NCBI GenBank assembly: GCA_016934735.1
Contig: JAFGSG010000025.1
Span: 16,371 to 80,370 of the forward strand
Length of the DNA: 64,000 nucleotides
Direction of reading: 5' to 3'
Source of the DNA: Spirochaetota bacterium
GTDB taxonomy: Bacteria; Spirochaetota; UBA4802; JAFGDQ01
Shown here: in pieces, positions 49,055-59,344 of the stretch
Layout: each line of letters begins with the position of its first letter
Numbering within the stretch: position 1 is the stretch's first letter
The notes under the pieces: model-generated
What the model was told of the DNA's origin: nothing
The model's input: the letters and a program-made list of their open reading frames with translations, nothing else
The model's database searches: none
Made by a program: the position numbers and the translations under genes

Positions 49055-50167
49055 ATGCTGAAGAGAAGATCCACGGTTTCATCCAGATTTGTTATCTGTA
49101 CTGCAATTGTCTATTCTGTAATATTATTATTATTTGTATTTTCTTTCCTGTATATTTTATCAACTAATTCGAAAATATTAAAAGAAATTGTATTAAAAAA
49201 CAACGATGCTTACCTTCTCAGGAAAGCTGCTCTTATTATTGATAGATTAAAAGAAAAAAATATAACTAATCTTAATGAATTATCAAATGGATTAAAAGAA
49301 TATTGTTTAAAAGATAATGAATTTTTATATATTTTAATATTTTCAAATACAGCTGATGAAAATTATTTTAAAATTCAAAAAAAGATACCTGTCAATCCGC
49401 TATTTAAAATAACGGCTCAATACAACAAACTGATACAGGAAAAAAAAGATACCAACTATTTAAAAACCGGAATATCAAAGCCTGTTATTGATCCAGCCAT
49501 TTACTCACTGAACAATCAGTATTATAAAACCATTTATCATCCCTTTAGTATCAAAAATAATTATTATGTAATTGAATTTTTTGTTTCAGCATCAGAAGTA
49601 ATAACAGCTTTTAATGATTATTCAGAAAAAATAAATGCAGTAAAAAAATATTCTGTTATTATAGCCGCATATGCTGTTGTATTAATTATAATAATTACTT
49701 TTCTTTTTAATTATAATTTTTCATTGCTGGTTAAAAACCTTTCCGGGCATTTAAAGAAAGCTGCTGAAGGTTCCCTTAATTTAGATATTACAGATATTAA
49801 AGACGATGATCTCAACGAACTTGCAATATCATTTAACAGTATTTTTTCAGAATTAAAACAAAAAAAAGATTTTTCCGGTGAATTATTCAAACTGGGAGTT
49901 GATTTACTTAAACAGCAGAATTTTTCAGATTCAATCGCTGTTTTAAAAACACTTTCAATCATAAAACCCAACTCATTCGGCACATGCTTCAATCTCGGCG
50001 TTGCTTATGCCAAGAACAGACAATATTATATGTCTCTGGATATGTTTGAGAAAGCCCTGGAGGTTAATCCCGGTCATGCAGTTACCATTGACTATATAGC
50101 AAAAGTAAAACGCCTGCTGGAATTTCAGAAAAAAAATGAACGGGCAGTCACAGAAATTAAAGGATAA
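49055..50167 (+). CDS. Membrane-anchored hypothetical protein with HAMP-like segment and C-terminal TPR repeats
   Basis: N-terminal TM helix, second TM around residue 200 followed by a HAMP-like amphipathic region, TPR-like C-terminus; N/K/I-rich. Confidence 0.5.
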   Translation: MLKRRSTVSSRFVICTAIVYSVILLLFVFSFLYILSTNSKILKEIVLKNNDAYLLRKAALIIDRLKEKNITNLNELSNGLKEYCLKDNEFLYILIFSNTADENYFKIQKKIPVNPLFKITAQYNKLIQEKKDTNYLKTGISKPVIDPAIYSLNNQYYKTIYHPFSIKNNYYVIEFFVSASEVITAFNDYSEKINAVKKYSVIIAAYAVVLIIIITFLFNYNFSLLVKNLSGHLKKAAEGSLNLDITDIKDDDLNELAISFNSIFSELKQKKDFSGELFKLGVDLLKQQNFSDSIAVLKTLSIIKPNSFGTCFNLGVAYAKNRQYYMSLDMFEKALEVNPGHAVTIDYIAKVKRLLEFQKKNERAVTEIKG

Positions 50168-51959
50168 AGCTGCAAAAGCTCCGGATGATCCCGGTGTTTA
50201 TTTAATGAAAGATGCCTCCGGTAATATAATTTATGTCGGGAAGGCATTATCTCTCAGAAAAAGAATATCTTCTTACTTCCAGAATATTCCTAAAAAAACC
50301 GAACGTGATCCGAAAGTCGGTATATTAATACGGCATATTCAGGACTTTGAATATGTAATAACAGACTCCGAAATAGAAGCGCTTATCCTTGAAAGCACTC
50401 TAATAAAAAAACACAAACCTAAATATAATGTAAGGCTTAAGGACGACAAGAGATATCCTTATATTGCTGTTACATTGAGCGAGTTTTATCCCCGCATCAT
50501 TATCACAAGAAAACTGATAAAAAATAATGACAGATATTTCGGTCCATACACTGATGCAGGTGCTGCCAGATCCATTGTATCGACCATCAACACTATTTTT
50601 AAATTCAGGCTATGCAAAAAAAAACTGCCTTTAAAATCAAATGAGAGGCCATGCCTGAATTATCAAATGGAAAAATGCAGCGGTTTATGCATGGGAAAGA
50701 CCTCCAGAAAAGAATATATGCTGATAGTTAATAATGCGATAAATTTTCTGGAGGGAAAAATACAGCCTGTTATTAATGAACTTAATAATATAATGAAAAA
50801 GTATTCGCAAGATCTTAAATACGAAAAAGCTGCACAGATCAGAGACATCATATTCAATATGCGTAAAACTGTTGAAACACAAAAAGTATATTCTACAGTT
50901 GGAACAGATAAAGACTATATTGCCGTACAGATACAGGACAATGAAGCAGTAATAATTATTTTTGAGTTCAGAAATGGAATATTACTCGGAAGGAAAATAT
51001 CTGTATTTGAGAATATTGAATTTTCAGATAAAGCGGAAATATTAAAATCTTTTATAATAGATTATTATAAGGATACACACCCTCCATCGAGAATTATATG
51101 CGATACTTCAGTCAGGGAAAATGATCTTGTTGAAAAATACCTGACTAAAAATTCTTCAAAAAAGATTCATCTTTCTGTCGCAAAAACGTCGGAAGACAGA
51201 AACATAATTAAATTGATACAGAAAAATCTTGATGTAATTGCTGCAGACAGAACAGCAACAAAGATCAGCATAGATAAAATGAAAGGTCTGCTTGAACTGA
51301 AAGATGCACTGATTCTAAAATCATTGCCGGAGGTAATGGAATGTTTTGATATTTCCAATACTCAGGGAAAAAATGCGGTTGCCTCAATGGTGCGCTTTAA
51401 GGAGGGAATTCCGGACAAGCCGAATTACAGAAGATATAAAATAAAGGCCTATGATTCCCCGAACGATCCTGCAATGATTCACGAAGCAGTTGCAAGAAGG
51501 CTTCAGCAAGTACTAAATGATGAAAAAGATATGCCCGATCTAATTGTCATTGACGGAGGCAAAACTCAGCTTGGCAGGGCTCTTGAAGTAAAGAAAGCTC
51601 TTGATGCAAATATTGCCATAATTTCAATAGCTAAGCGCTTTGAGGAAATATTTACAGAGCATTCTAATAAACCGGTCATTCTAGAAAAAACATCACCCGG
51701 ATTAAAGATCATTCAGAACATCCGCGATGAAGCGCACCGATTTGCAATTGAATATCATAAAAAATTAAGATCAAAGGATTTGATCAAATCGGTTATGCAG
51801 GATATTCCGGATATAGGAGAAAAAAAGGCGAAGCTGCTGTTAAAGCATATAGGTTCTGTGGATAAAATCAGGGAAGCTTCGCTTAAAGATTTATGCAATT
51901 TGCCCGGCATCGGAAAAAAAACAGCACAGATAATTTATGAATATTTTAATAAATCCTAA
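50136..51959 (+). CDS. uvrC: Excinuclease ABC subunit C
   Basis: GIY-YIG N-terminus (GVYLMKDASGNIIYVGKA...), UvrBC-interaction region, RNase H-like endonuclease domain and C-terminal HhH (LPGIGKKTA). Confidence 0.9.
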   Translation: MNGQSQKLKDKAAKAPDDPGVYLMKDASGNIIYVGKALSLRKRISSYFQNIPKKTERDPKVGILIRHIQDFEYVITDSEIEALILESTLIKKHKPKYNVRLKDDKRYPYIAVTLSEFYPRIIITRKLIKNNDRYFGPYTDAGAARSIVSTINTIFKFRLCKKKLPLKSNERPCLNYQMEKCSGLCMGKTSRKEYMLIVNNAINFLEGKIQPVINELNNIMKKYSQDLKYEKAAQIRDIIFNMRKTVETQKVYSTVGTDKDYIAVQIQDNEAVIIIFEFRNGILLGRKISVFENIEFSDKAEILKSFIIDYYKDTHPPSRIICDTSVRENDLVEKYLTKNSSKKIHLSVAKTSEDRNIIKLIQKNLDVIAADRTATKISIDKMKGLLELKDALILKSLPEVMECFDISNTQGKNAVASMVRFKEGIPDKPNYRRYKIKAYDSPNDPAMIHEAVARRLQQVLNDEKDMPDLIVIDGGKTQLGRALEVKKALDANIAIISIAKRFEEIFTEHSNKPVILEKTSPGLKIIQNIRDEAHRFAIEYHKKLRSKDLIKSVMQDIPDIGEKKAKLLLKHIGSVDKIREASLKDLCNLPGIGKKTAQIIYEYFNKS

Positions 51960-52127
51960 AATAAATCATGCTTTAGTAAATCAATAACTTTGACTGCTTC
52001 TATTGCGGGAGTATATGAACATAAATTTAAATTTCTGCGGAACCCGGCCGCCTATGGCCTCAAACTGTCCTTGCCATTTAAATTAAAAAATCTGTACTCT
52101 CAGGGAACAATTTTTTTTAATTGAATA

Positions 52128-55124
52128 TTAAAAGCCTTCGAATCTGCCTTTATATATTTTAAGCATTGAATCAACATCAGTTTTAATCGTAATTATATCA
52201 TTAAAATTTATAATCATATCATTATATTTGGATACTTTGCCAAGACAGGCAAAAGGAAGGTTTTTGAATATATCCTCAAATGCCTTTTTATTTGAAGGAT
52301 TAACGCTGACTAAAAGCCTGCCCTGTGATTCTGAGTATAGAAGCGTGTCTTTTCTGAGCTTTGTGACTGCCGGCATTTTTGCTATATCAATATTAAATCC
52401 GAATAATCCTGCCATTGAAGACTTAGCAATAGCAATAGCCAGGCCGCCTCTCTCTATGCTTATGGAAGAAGCTAACAATTCTTTGTCGAAGGCCTTTTCA
52501 AGCGCTTTATATAATGCAATATTTTTATCCGGATCAACTTTGGGAATTGAATTATGGACGTATTTTTTTCTAAATACAGACTCACATATATAAGCGTGAT
52601 ACTCCGATCCGCCTAATTCATCACCTGTTTCGCCGAGAATGTAAATCAAGTCGCCTGGAAATTTAAAATCGATTGTCTGACATTTTAAAACATCTTCAAC
52701 AATTCCGAAAGATGATATTAAAAGAGTCGGAGGAACCGAGATGAATATTCCGTTAAAATTTTCGTCATATCCTTTAAAATCATTAAACATGCTGTCTTTG
52801 CCCGAGACGAACGGTGTTCCATTTGCTACGGCAAAGTCATAGCAGGCCTTTGCTGCGTCCTTCAGTTCATCAAGGCGCTCCGGATTGTTCGAGTCGCACC
52901 AGCAAAAGTTGTCGAGAAGAGCAAGTTTCTCAAGCGAGCCCCCGACTGATAACGCGTTTCTGATTGCTGTGTCAATTGAACAGGCTGCCATCCAGTATGT
53001 ATCTATGTCGCTGAAGGAGGGATACAGGCTCTGTGATAGCACAACACCTTTGGGTGATTCCAGTACCGGCCTTATTACACTTGCATTGCCGTTTATTCTT
53101 CCCTTACCCTGCAGCGGCTTTATGACTGAATTTGCCTGAACTTCATGATCGTACTGCGCAGATATAAATTCAAAACCTGCGGTGTTTAGCCTTCCGGTGA
53201 TCGCATGAAAAGATGTAGTATAATCAGTTTTTTCGGGAAAATCCGGAAATTCATTTTCTTTCCTTTTTTTGTCTGTATAAAGCGTCCTTTTGGGGAGTCC
53301 GTTATGCAGAAAATCCATGTCAAGATCGAATACTGTTTTTCCGTAATATTTTACTTTTCCTCTGCCGCTGCCGTTAAAAGTACCTATAACCGCAGCTTCC
53401 ACCCCGTTCATTTTCATAAGGCTGAAAAATTCACTGATTTTATCCTGCGGTACGGAAAGAGTCATTCTTTCCTGCGATTCGCTAACCCAGATCTGCCATG
53501 GAGCAAGCCCCGGATACTTCAGCGGGACTTTATCAAGATCGACATCAAAGCCCCCGCACTCTTTTGCCATTTCAGCCACAGAACACGACAGGCCCCCGGC
53601 CCCGTTGTCTGTGATAGAATTATAAAGTCCTTTGTCCCGGGCCGATTTAACGATAGCATCAGACAGCTTTTTCTGAGTGATCGGATCGCCTATCTGCACA
53701 GCTGCAGCAGGGCTACCCGAGTCGAGCGCTTCTGAAGAAAAGGTGGCGCCGTGAATACCATCGCGCCCTACTCTTCCGCCTGCCATGACAATGCAGTCTC
53801 CGGGCATTGCTTTCTTCTCAACTGAGGAGGCACCGTTTATTGTTCGCGGCAAAAGCCCGACAGTTCCCACGAAAACAAGCGGTTTGCCCTTATAGCGTTC
53901 GTCAAAATAAACAAAACCCTGCGGGGTCGGTATTCCCGATTGATTGCCGCCAACATTCACGCCATGGATAACGCCGTCCATAATACGTCTTGGAGAAAGC
54001 AGCTGTGAATCCTTACTTTTCTGCCTGTAAAGCGGCTTCTCATCCCAAGGGTCTGCGAAGCAGAATCCGTATCTGTTAGCAATCGGTTTGGCGCCCATGC
54101 CGAATCCTATTGCATCCCTGTTTACGCCGACTATGCCTGTAACAGCTCCCCCAAAAGGATCGAGTGCGCTCGGACTGTTATGCGTTTCAACTTTATCTGC
54201 AACAATATAGTTATCATCGAACGCAATTCCACCTGCGTTATCTTCGAATACGGATAAACAGAAATCCCTTGCACCTTTAATTTTACGGATTGTATCTGTA
54301 GCTGCTCTGATGTATTTTTTAAATATGCCTTCGTCTATTTCGTCAAGCTTAGAAGCAAATATAGTATGTTTGCAGTGTTCACTCCATGTCTGGGCAATAG
54401 ACTCAAGCTCGATATCTGTGGGATTTCTTTTTTCAATATCATTAAAATAATTTTTAATCACTGATATAAACAGCAGATCAAGAGCAAGCGGGCCCCGCCT
54501 TGTTCCGTCCTTTTCCTGAATGCCTTCCTTTCCGAGCCTGATGAGTTCTTTATCAGATACATTGAGATTCACTTCGTCTGCATCCGGACGTTCGCTTATA
54601 TGAACAATAGGTATACCCATTCCCATCCCATTGTTTGATATATATTCACTCCGGGACATAATTTTCATATGTTCTATTAACGGGTTATAAAGCTCCATGC
54701 TGATCTTCCGCGCATCATCATGACTTATGCTGCCTTTAATAAAATATGTTATTGTTGTGAATACTGACTTTTCACGATCAATATTTATCTTTCCGGAATC
54801 TTTGAATGAATCATGGATCATTTCCATCACTGTATGCGCGACATTGTCTGTTACGCCCGGCAGAAAACCTATCTCAATAGCGTGGGTAAAATCAGGAGGC
54901 AGAAACGGAGCATTTATAATATAACTTTGCGTGACATTTTGTGTGAGCGATTCTGCAATTTTTACAGCGTCGCTTTTGTTTAAATCAATATTGAAAAGAT
55001 AATTATTGCTGAGATATATTTGCTGTATATCAAGATTAAGTCTTTCAAGTCTTCGCCTGATGACTTGAGCGCGGGGATCTGTTATTTTATAGAAAACTTC
55101 AATCCTAACTTTTGCTTTTTCCAA
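52128..55124 (-). CDS. purL: Phosphoribosylformylglycinamidine synthase, PurL with N-terminal PurS-like domain (no glutaminase domain)
   Basis: AIR-synthase-related domains (DNAGG; GGLSCSVAEMA), 998 aa; the N-terminal ~80 aa are PurS-like. Confidence 0.8.
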   Translation of the reverse strand: MEKAKVRIEVFYKITDPRAQVIRRRLERLNLDIQQIYLSNNYLFNIDLNKSDAVKIAESLTQNVTQSYIINAPFLPPDFTHAIEIGFLPGVTDNVAHTVMEMIHDSFKDSGKINIDREKSVFTTITYFIKGSISHDDARKISMELYNPLIEHMKIMSRSEYISNNGMGMGIPIVHISERPDADEVNLNVSDKELIRLGKEGIQEKDGTRRGPLALDLLFISVIKNYFNDIEKRNPTDIELESIAQTWSEHCKHTIFASKLDEIDEGIFKKYIRAATDTIRKIKGARDFCLSVFEDNAGGIAFDDNYIVADKVETHNSPSALDPFGGAVTGIVGVNRDAIGFGMGAKPIANRYGFCFADPWDEKPLYRQKSKDSQLLSPRRIMDGVIHGVNVGGNQSGIPTPQGFVYFDERYKGKPLVFVGTVGLLPRTINGASSVEKKAMPGDCIVMAGGRVGRDGIHGATFSSEALDSGSPAAAVQIGDPITQKKLSDAIVKSARDKGLYNSITDNGAGGLSCSVAEMAKECGGFDVDLDKVPLKYPGLAPWQIWVSESQERMTLSVPQDKISEFFSLMKMNGVEAAVIGTFNGSGRGKVKYYGKTVFDLDMDFLHNGLPKRTLYTDKKRKENEFPDFPEKTDYTTSFHAITGRLNTAGFEFISAQYDHEVQANSVIKPLQGKGRINGNASVIRPVLESPKGVVLSQSLYPSFSDIDTYWMAACSIDTAIRNALSVGGSLEKLALLDNFCWCDSNNPERLDELKDAAKACYDFAVANGTPFVSGKDSMFNDFKGYDENFNGIFISVPPTLLISSFGIVEDVLKCQTIDFKFPGDLIYILGETGDELGGSEYHAYICESVFRKKYVHNSIPKVDPDKNIALYKALEKAFDKELLASSISIERGGLAIAIAKSSMAGLFGFNIDIAKMPAVTKLRKDTLLYSESQGRLLVSVNPSNKKAFEDIFKNLPFACLGKVSKYNDMIINFNDIITIKTDVDSMLKIYKGRFEGF

Positions 55125-55249
55125 TTGCGTAAACCTCTTACAAACCTCTCTTTTGGCTTCATTTACGCAATTTTATTGATAATATGTCAATATTATTTAT
55201 GGAAATGACTTGTAAAAGTGTATCAGGATAGATTTTAAATTTCATATAT

Positions 55250-56461
55250 TTAGCGTTTTGTAGGCTGGGGTCCAAGATTAAGTTCTTCGTGCTGTTTTTT
55301 CAGTTCCTTAAGCTCTTCGAGGTCATTTATCTTCTGTTTAACATTTTTATGATAAGGATCATAATCCTGTGCGGTTGTAAACTCCTGTATAGCGGAGTCT
55401 ATATCATCGGCAATATACAATTTAATGCCTCTCTGATAATGCTCTTCGGATTTTCTTTCATCCTCTTTTGTAATGATTCTCGGGATCAGCTTAAATGTTA
55501 CATTAAAAGAATAATTAGCTCCAAATACTCCTGCATCGGAATAGGATGTATCAACAATAAATGCAACATTGCCGATTGTGTAGTTAAAACCTGTTCCGAA
55601 TGAGTAAGTCCCTGCGTCATTGAATCTATATCCTGCCCTTAAATATAAAAGCTCTTTAAATGTCGCTTCAATACCGGCATTAACTCTGAAGCTTTCGTTA
55701 AAGCCTGAAGTAAAATCCAGTAAATCGGAAGATTCAATAGCATTCTCGATTAAATCCACATTAAAGTTTATCCAATCTGTCAAATAATATGACAATCCGA
55801 ATCTGAACAGTCTCGGAAGCGTATCATCATGCGCTTTTGTTCCCAGGTTCTGAATAGACAAACCAAGCGCAAAATTCCTGAGAGGAGCATCAAAAGGAGA
55901 GAACATATACATTCTTTTCAGCAGACCCAAATCTACGGCTGCAGAATGAACATTAAGAGTATCAATCTTCTGATATATATATTTTACAGAGCCGCCGAAT
56001 TCAAGGAAATCCAGCGATTGTCCGTAAGCAAGTGTTGTACAAGTATTATAATAATGAACCGTGCCTGCTTTATTGCCGTCAACGTCTATTTTATCAAAAG
56101 GAGGCACCCAGAAAGTCGAATTCGAACCTGCAAGAAATCCGTAATAAAACGGCATTGCAAAACTTATATTTTCGAATCTGGAATCCATTATTAGTTCCTG
56201 ATGCAGAAAAGACAATACAGGATATTTCAGCGTAGCAATGCCTGCCGGATTGTAATAGATGGAATGAACATCTTCAACTGCTGCTGTAAATGCTTCGCCC
56301 ATACCGAGCGGTCTTGCCCCTGTCCCTATCTCAAGAAAATCCGCTCCGGACGTACCGACAGTTCCATCCGCAGCCAGATGAGCGTTAAAAGTAAAAAAAA
56401 TAATTATTATACATAAAAAAAATAATTTATTTTTTATCCGGGATTTCATGTATATGATCAA
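55250..56461 (-). CDS. FadL/TodX/PorV-like outer-membrane beta-barrel protein with C-terminal coiled-coil/TPR-like tail
   Basis: Signal peptide; N-terminal DFLEIGTGARPLGMGEAFTAAVEDVHSIYYNPAGIA parallels the FadL-family N-terminal motif (GLGRAYSGEGA...NPA); C-terminal ~70 aa are charged/helical. Confidence 0.45.
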   Translation of the reverse strand: MIIYMKSRIKNKLFFLCIIIIFFTFNAHLAADGTVGTSGADFLEIGTGARPLGMGEAFTAAVEDVHSIYYNPAGIATLKYPVLSFLHQELIMDSRFENISFAMPFYYGFLAGSNSTFWVPPFDKIDVDGNKAGTVHYYNTCTTLAYGQSLDFLEFGGSVKYIYQKIDTLNVHSAAVDLGLLKRMYMFSPFDAPLRNFALGLSIQNLGTKAHDDTLPRLFRFGLSYYLTDWINFNVDLIENAIESSDLLDFTSGFNESFRVNAGIEATFKELLYLRAGYRFNDAGTYSFGTGFNYTIGNVAFIVDTSYSDAGVFGANYSFNVTFKLIPRIITKEDERKSEEHYQRGIKLYIADDIDSAIQEFTTAQDYDPYHKNVKQKINDLEELKELKKQHEELNLGPQPTKR

Positions 56462-56717
56462 GGCATTACCATCAAAGACATCATGATTATTTTAAAATGT
56501 GCCAGCCTAAGTTATAAAAATTTTATAATAACTTTCAACATCTGAGAAACTAAGTTTTAAAAAGCTTATTTATATGCTAATTATAATTTCTTCAGGATTT
56601 GCTCTGTCCGTTGAACGACGCGGATTGGCAATAACCATAAAAGTCAGAATAAATATTTTACTTAGTTCTGACGAAAAATTCGCATTTTATCAGTAAATAA
56701 TTATTGTTAACCAGAAA

Positions 56718-57914
56718 CTATTTTATAATCTGCTCTTTAATGTTTTGCACAAGATAAATATTTTGTGCGTTTTCATCATTCATTATAAAATTAATATTGA
56801 ATAAATTGCCATGTACTTTATTAATATCATCCATAATTTCATCTATAATTTTTTTCTTGAATTTTTGTGTGAATATTAATAACTTGTCTTTTTCTATTCT
56901 TAAAACACTCGTTTTATCTGCTAGTTTTTTATCTAATTTAATCTGTAAATATTTTAATGTATATAAGGATTCCGCATTAATATAATTTCTGAATTTTATT
57001 ATACAGAATAAATAATCATCGTATCTTAAGTATTTTTTATATGTATAATCAATAAAATTAAAAAGGCTGTTTTGATCTTTTATATTTAAATCTTGAGATT
57101 CCAGTAATATTTTTTTATACAGCAGAAAAAAATAAACTGTTAATTTATTTTTTATATTATTAAATATAGATTTTTTCTGATGATCATTAATATTTTCTTT
57201 TAACTGAATTACAAGTATAGGTAAAAGATAATCCAGAAAATTATTTTTTCTCTCAAAATCCGCGTCATTATAAAAGTCTTTAAAAAAATCACCAAATGAA
57301 ATAAAATACACTGATTTTTTTGATCCGAATCTTTTCTTTAAATATAGATTCCTTTCAATTGACTGATGGTCAAGAACAATTCCATTTTTATTCCCTGTAA
57401 TATTTGTATACAGAGTTTCGAGAGAATCCATAACCAGATTATTTCCGTTAAGATTATCAATATGATTTGTATAGCAAATATAACATTTTTTTTCAAGGCT
57501 ATATGCAAGAATAGCATATTCCGGCAAGTGCAAATCACTCATCTCGGCATAGATGAGATTAACCAAGTCATCGCTTGAGGATTCTTTATATAAATCAAAA
57601 GGATTTAACTCGCCATTAATTTTATCCAGGCCTGTTAAATTAACGGCTTTATAATAAAGCTTGTGGTACATCCTAAGCAATTCGTCATCTGTTATTTCTT
57701 TTGGTGCTTTAGGCTCAATTATTTCCCGAGGCTCATTTGAACGTATTTTTGATACTAAATCGCTCAGTTCTTTGTTAAATGTCCTGTCTCTTGATATATT
57801 AGTTTCCAGTCCGGCATCATCTTTATCATAAATGGATATTTGATTCGTAGAAATATCCTTATTATCAGAAATTGGAGATGTATTATCGGTTTGAGCCGTA
57901 TTATCTTTTTCCAA
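56718..57914 (-). CDS. Hypothetical protein (398 aa), N/K/Y/F-rich, no recognizable domain
   Basis: 1.2-kb open frame in very AT-rich DNA, which is unlikely by chance; no signal peptide and no known motifs. Confidence 0.5.
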   Translation of the reverse strand: MEKDNTAQTDNTSPISDNKDISTNQISIYDKDDAGLETNISRDRTFNKELSDLVSKIRSNEPREIIEPKAPKEITDDELLRMYHKLYYKAVNLTGLDKINGELNPFDLYKESSSDDLVNLIYAEMSDLHLPEYAILAYSLEKKCYICYTNHIDNLNGNNLVMDSLETLYTNITGNKNGIVLDHQSIERNLYLKKRFGSKKSVYFISFGDFFKDFYNDADFERKNNFLDYLLPILVIQLKENINDHQKKSIFNNIKNKLTVYFFLLYKKILLESQDLNIKDQNSLFNFIDYTYKKYLRYDDYLFCIIKFRNYINAESLYTLKYLQIKLDKKLADKTSVLRIEKDKLLIFTQKFKKKIIDEIMDDINKVHGNLFNINFIMNDENAQNIYLVQNIKEQIIK

Positions 57915-58050
57915 ACATCCTCCACTTGCTAAAATAATAAACTTGACTGAAATTAACTGATAGTTTAGAGTTATAATTATAGGCTGACTAAAAAAATCAA
58001 TTAAAAAAACAAATTTATTTTAATAAGTGTTTTTCTTTAAAAAAAAATTA

Positions 58051-58080
58051 TTGACATTATTTCCTGAAATTTATTATTGA
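58051..58080 (+). promoter_or_regulatory. Putative tRNA-Asn promoter (A-tract UP element, TTGACA, weak -10 TATTGA)
   Basis: aaaaaaaaa then TTGACA at 58051-58056, 18-nt spacer, TATTGA at 58075-58080, 18 nt before the tRNA 5' end. Confidence 0.35.
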
Positions 58081-58098
58081 ATCACACTATTTAAGTAT

Positions 58099-58171
<73 letters not shown>

Positions 58172-58456
58172 CATAAATGGACGAATAAACACAAAGGCCC
58201 TTATGGTTGATACTGCCAGGGGCTATTTTTATGTCTTTTTACAAGAATTCACTAAAATTGTTCTTTTCTAAACGATGTAACAAATTTTACATACCAAATC
58301 CAAATATCTGAAAAAATTCAATTATTTGCCAAAATAATTTAGTACTTGCAGAATATTTTTGTTTGCCGTTTTTCTTTTTTAAGATATAATATCGACGGTG
58401 TTTTTCGGAAATTCAATTTAATTCAAAATTAAAGCTATCATCTTAGAGAATATTCA

Positions 58457-59119
58457 ATGTCCGATCATGTAAAACAGTCAATTTTCCCTCATCCTGAAAT
58501 GGCTGATGAAGATGGTTTGCTTTGTATTGGATTAAATCTTGAAGTCGGCACTCTTGTTGACGCTTATTATCACGGCATATTTCCATGGCCTCAGGAAGAA
58601 TTACCTGTGTTATGGTTCTCGCCTCCAATGAGAGGCATACTGAATTTTTCGAATCTGCACATCTCAAAGAGGCTGTCCAGATTTAAAAGCGCGTGGGAAG
58701 GCGAATTCCGTATAAATACAGCTTTCGAAAAAGTAATTAACTCCTGCAGACTGCAGAAAAGGCCTGGACAGGCCGGAACATGGATTTTATCGGAAATGGT
58801 TAAAGCTTATACTGATCTATATAATGCCGGTTATGCGCATAGTGTAGAAGCATGGGAAAATAACCAGCTTGTCGGCGGCATATACGGTGTGTTTATCGGC
58901 AACGTATTCAGCGGAGAAAGCATGTTCTATAATAAATCGAATTGTTCAAAGCTCTGTTTTCTATATCTGGTAGAGCATCTGGAAAAGATCGGTCTTCACT
59001 GGATGGATGTACAGATGCTTACGCCTCTGACACAAAGTTTTGGAGGTGAATATATTGAAAGAAAACAATTCCTTAAACGCCTTGAAACAGAACATGGCAG
59101 AACAAAGATTACGTTCTAA
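58457..59119 (+). CDS. aat: Leucyl/phenylalanyl-tRNA--protein transferase
   Basis: LLCIGLNLEVGTLVDAYYHGIFPWP ... GESMFY matches the L/F-transferase family; 220 aa. Confidence 0.8.
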   Translation: MSDHVKQSIFPHPEMADEDGLLCIGLNLEVGTLVDAYYHGIFPWPQEELPVLWFSPPMRGILNFSNLHISKRLSRFKSAWEGEFRINTAFEKVINSCRLQKRPGQAGTWILSEMVKAYTDLYNAGYAHSVEAWENNQLVGGIYGVFIGNVFSGESMFYNKSNCSKLCFLYLVEHLEKIGLHWMDVQMLTPLTQSFGGEYIERKQFLKRLETEHGRTKITF

Positions 59120-59205
59120 TTCTTTATAAAGAAAAAAATAAATTTGGATAGCTGTGCATCTCGTTCATGTTTTGCATTCAGGCCGGGGTTTCAATGAATT
59201 CGCAT

Positions 59206-59234
59206 AGCGTATTCCTATACGCTTTAAATTTTTA
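59206..59234 (+). terminator. Rho-independent terminator after aat
   Basis: 7-bp stem AGCGTAT / ATACGCT, loop TCCT, followed by TTAAATTTTTA. Confidence 0.6.
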
Positions 59235-59344
59235 ATCCCCCGCAATTGTAAGAAAATATTTCATACTATTCTTAAAAATAAAAACCATTTGACATTTATT
59301 ACTTAAAATTATCAGTTTCTTTAAAATTAATATATAAAGAAAAC

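Noticed and set aside
53205-53735. 176-aa plus-strand ORF antisense to purL
   Set aside because: Same reasoning: it is embedded within a conserved AIRS domain coding region on the opposite strand, with no independent support.
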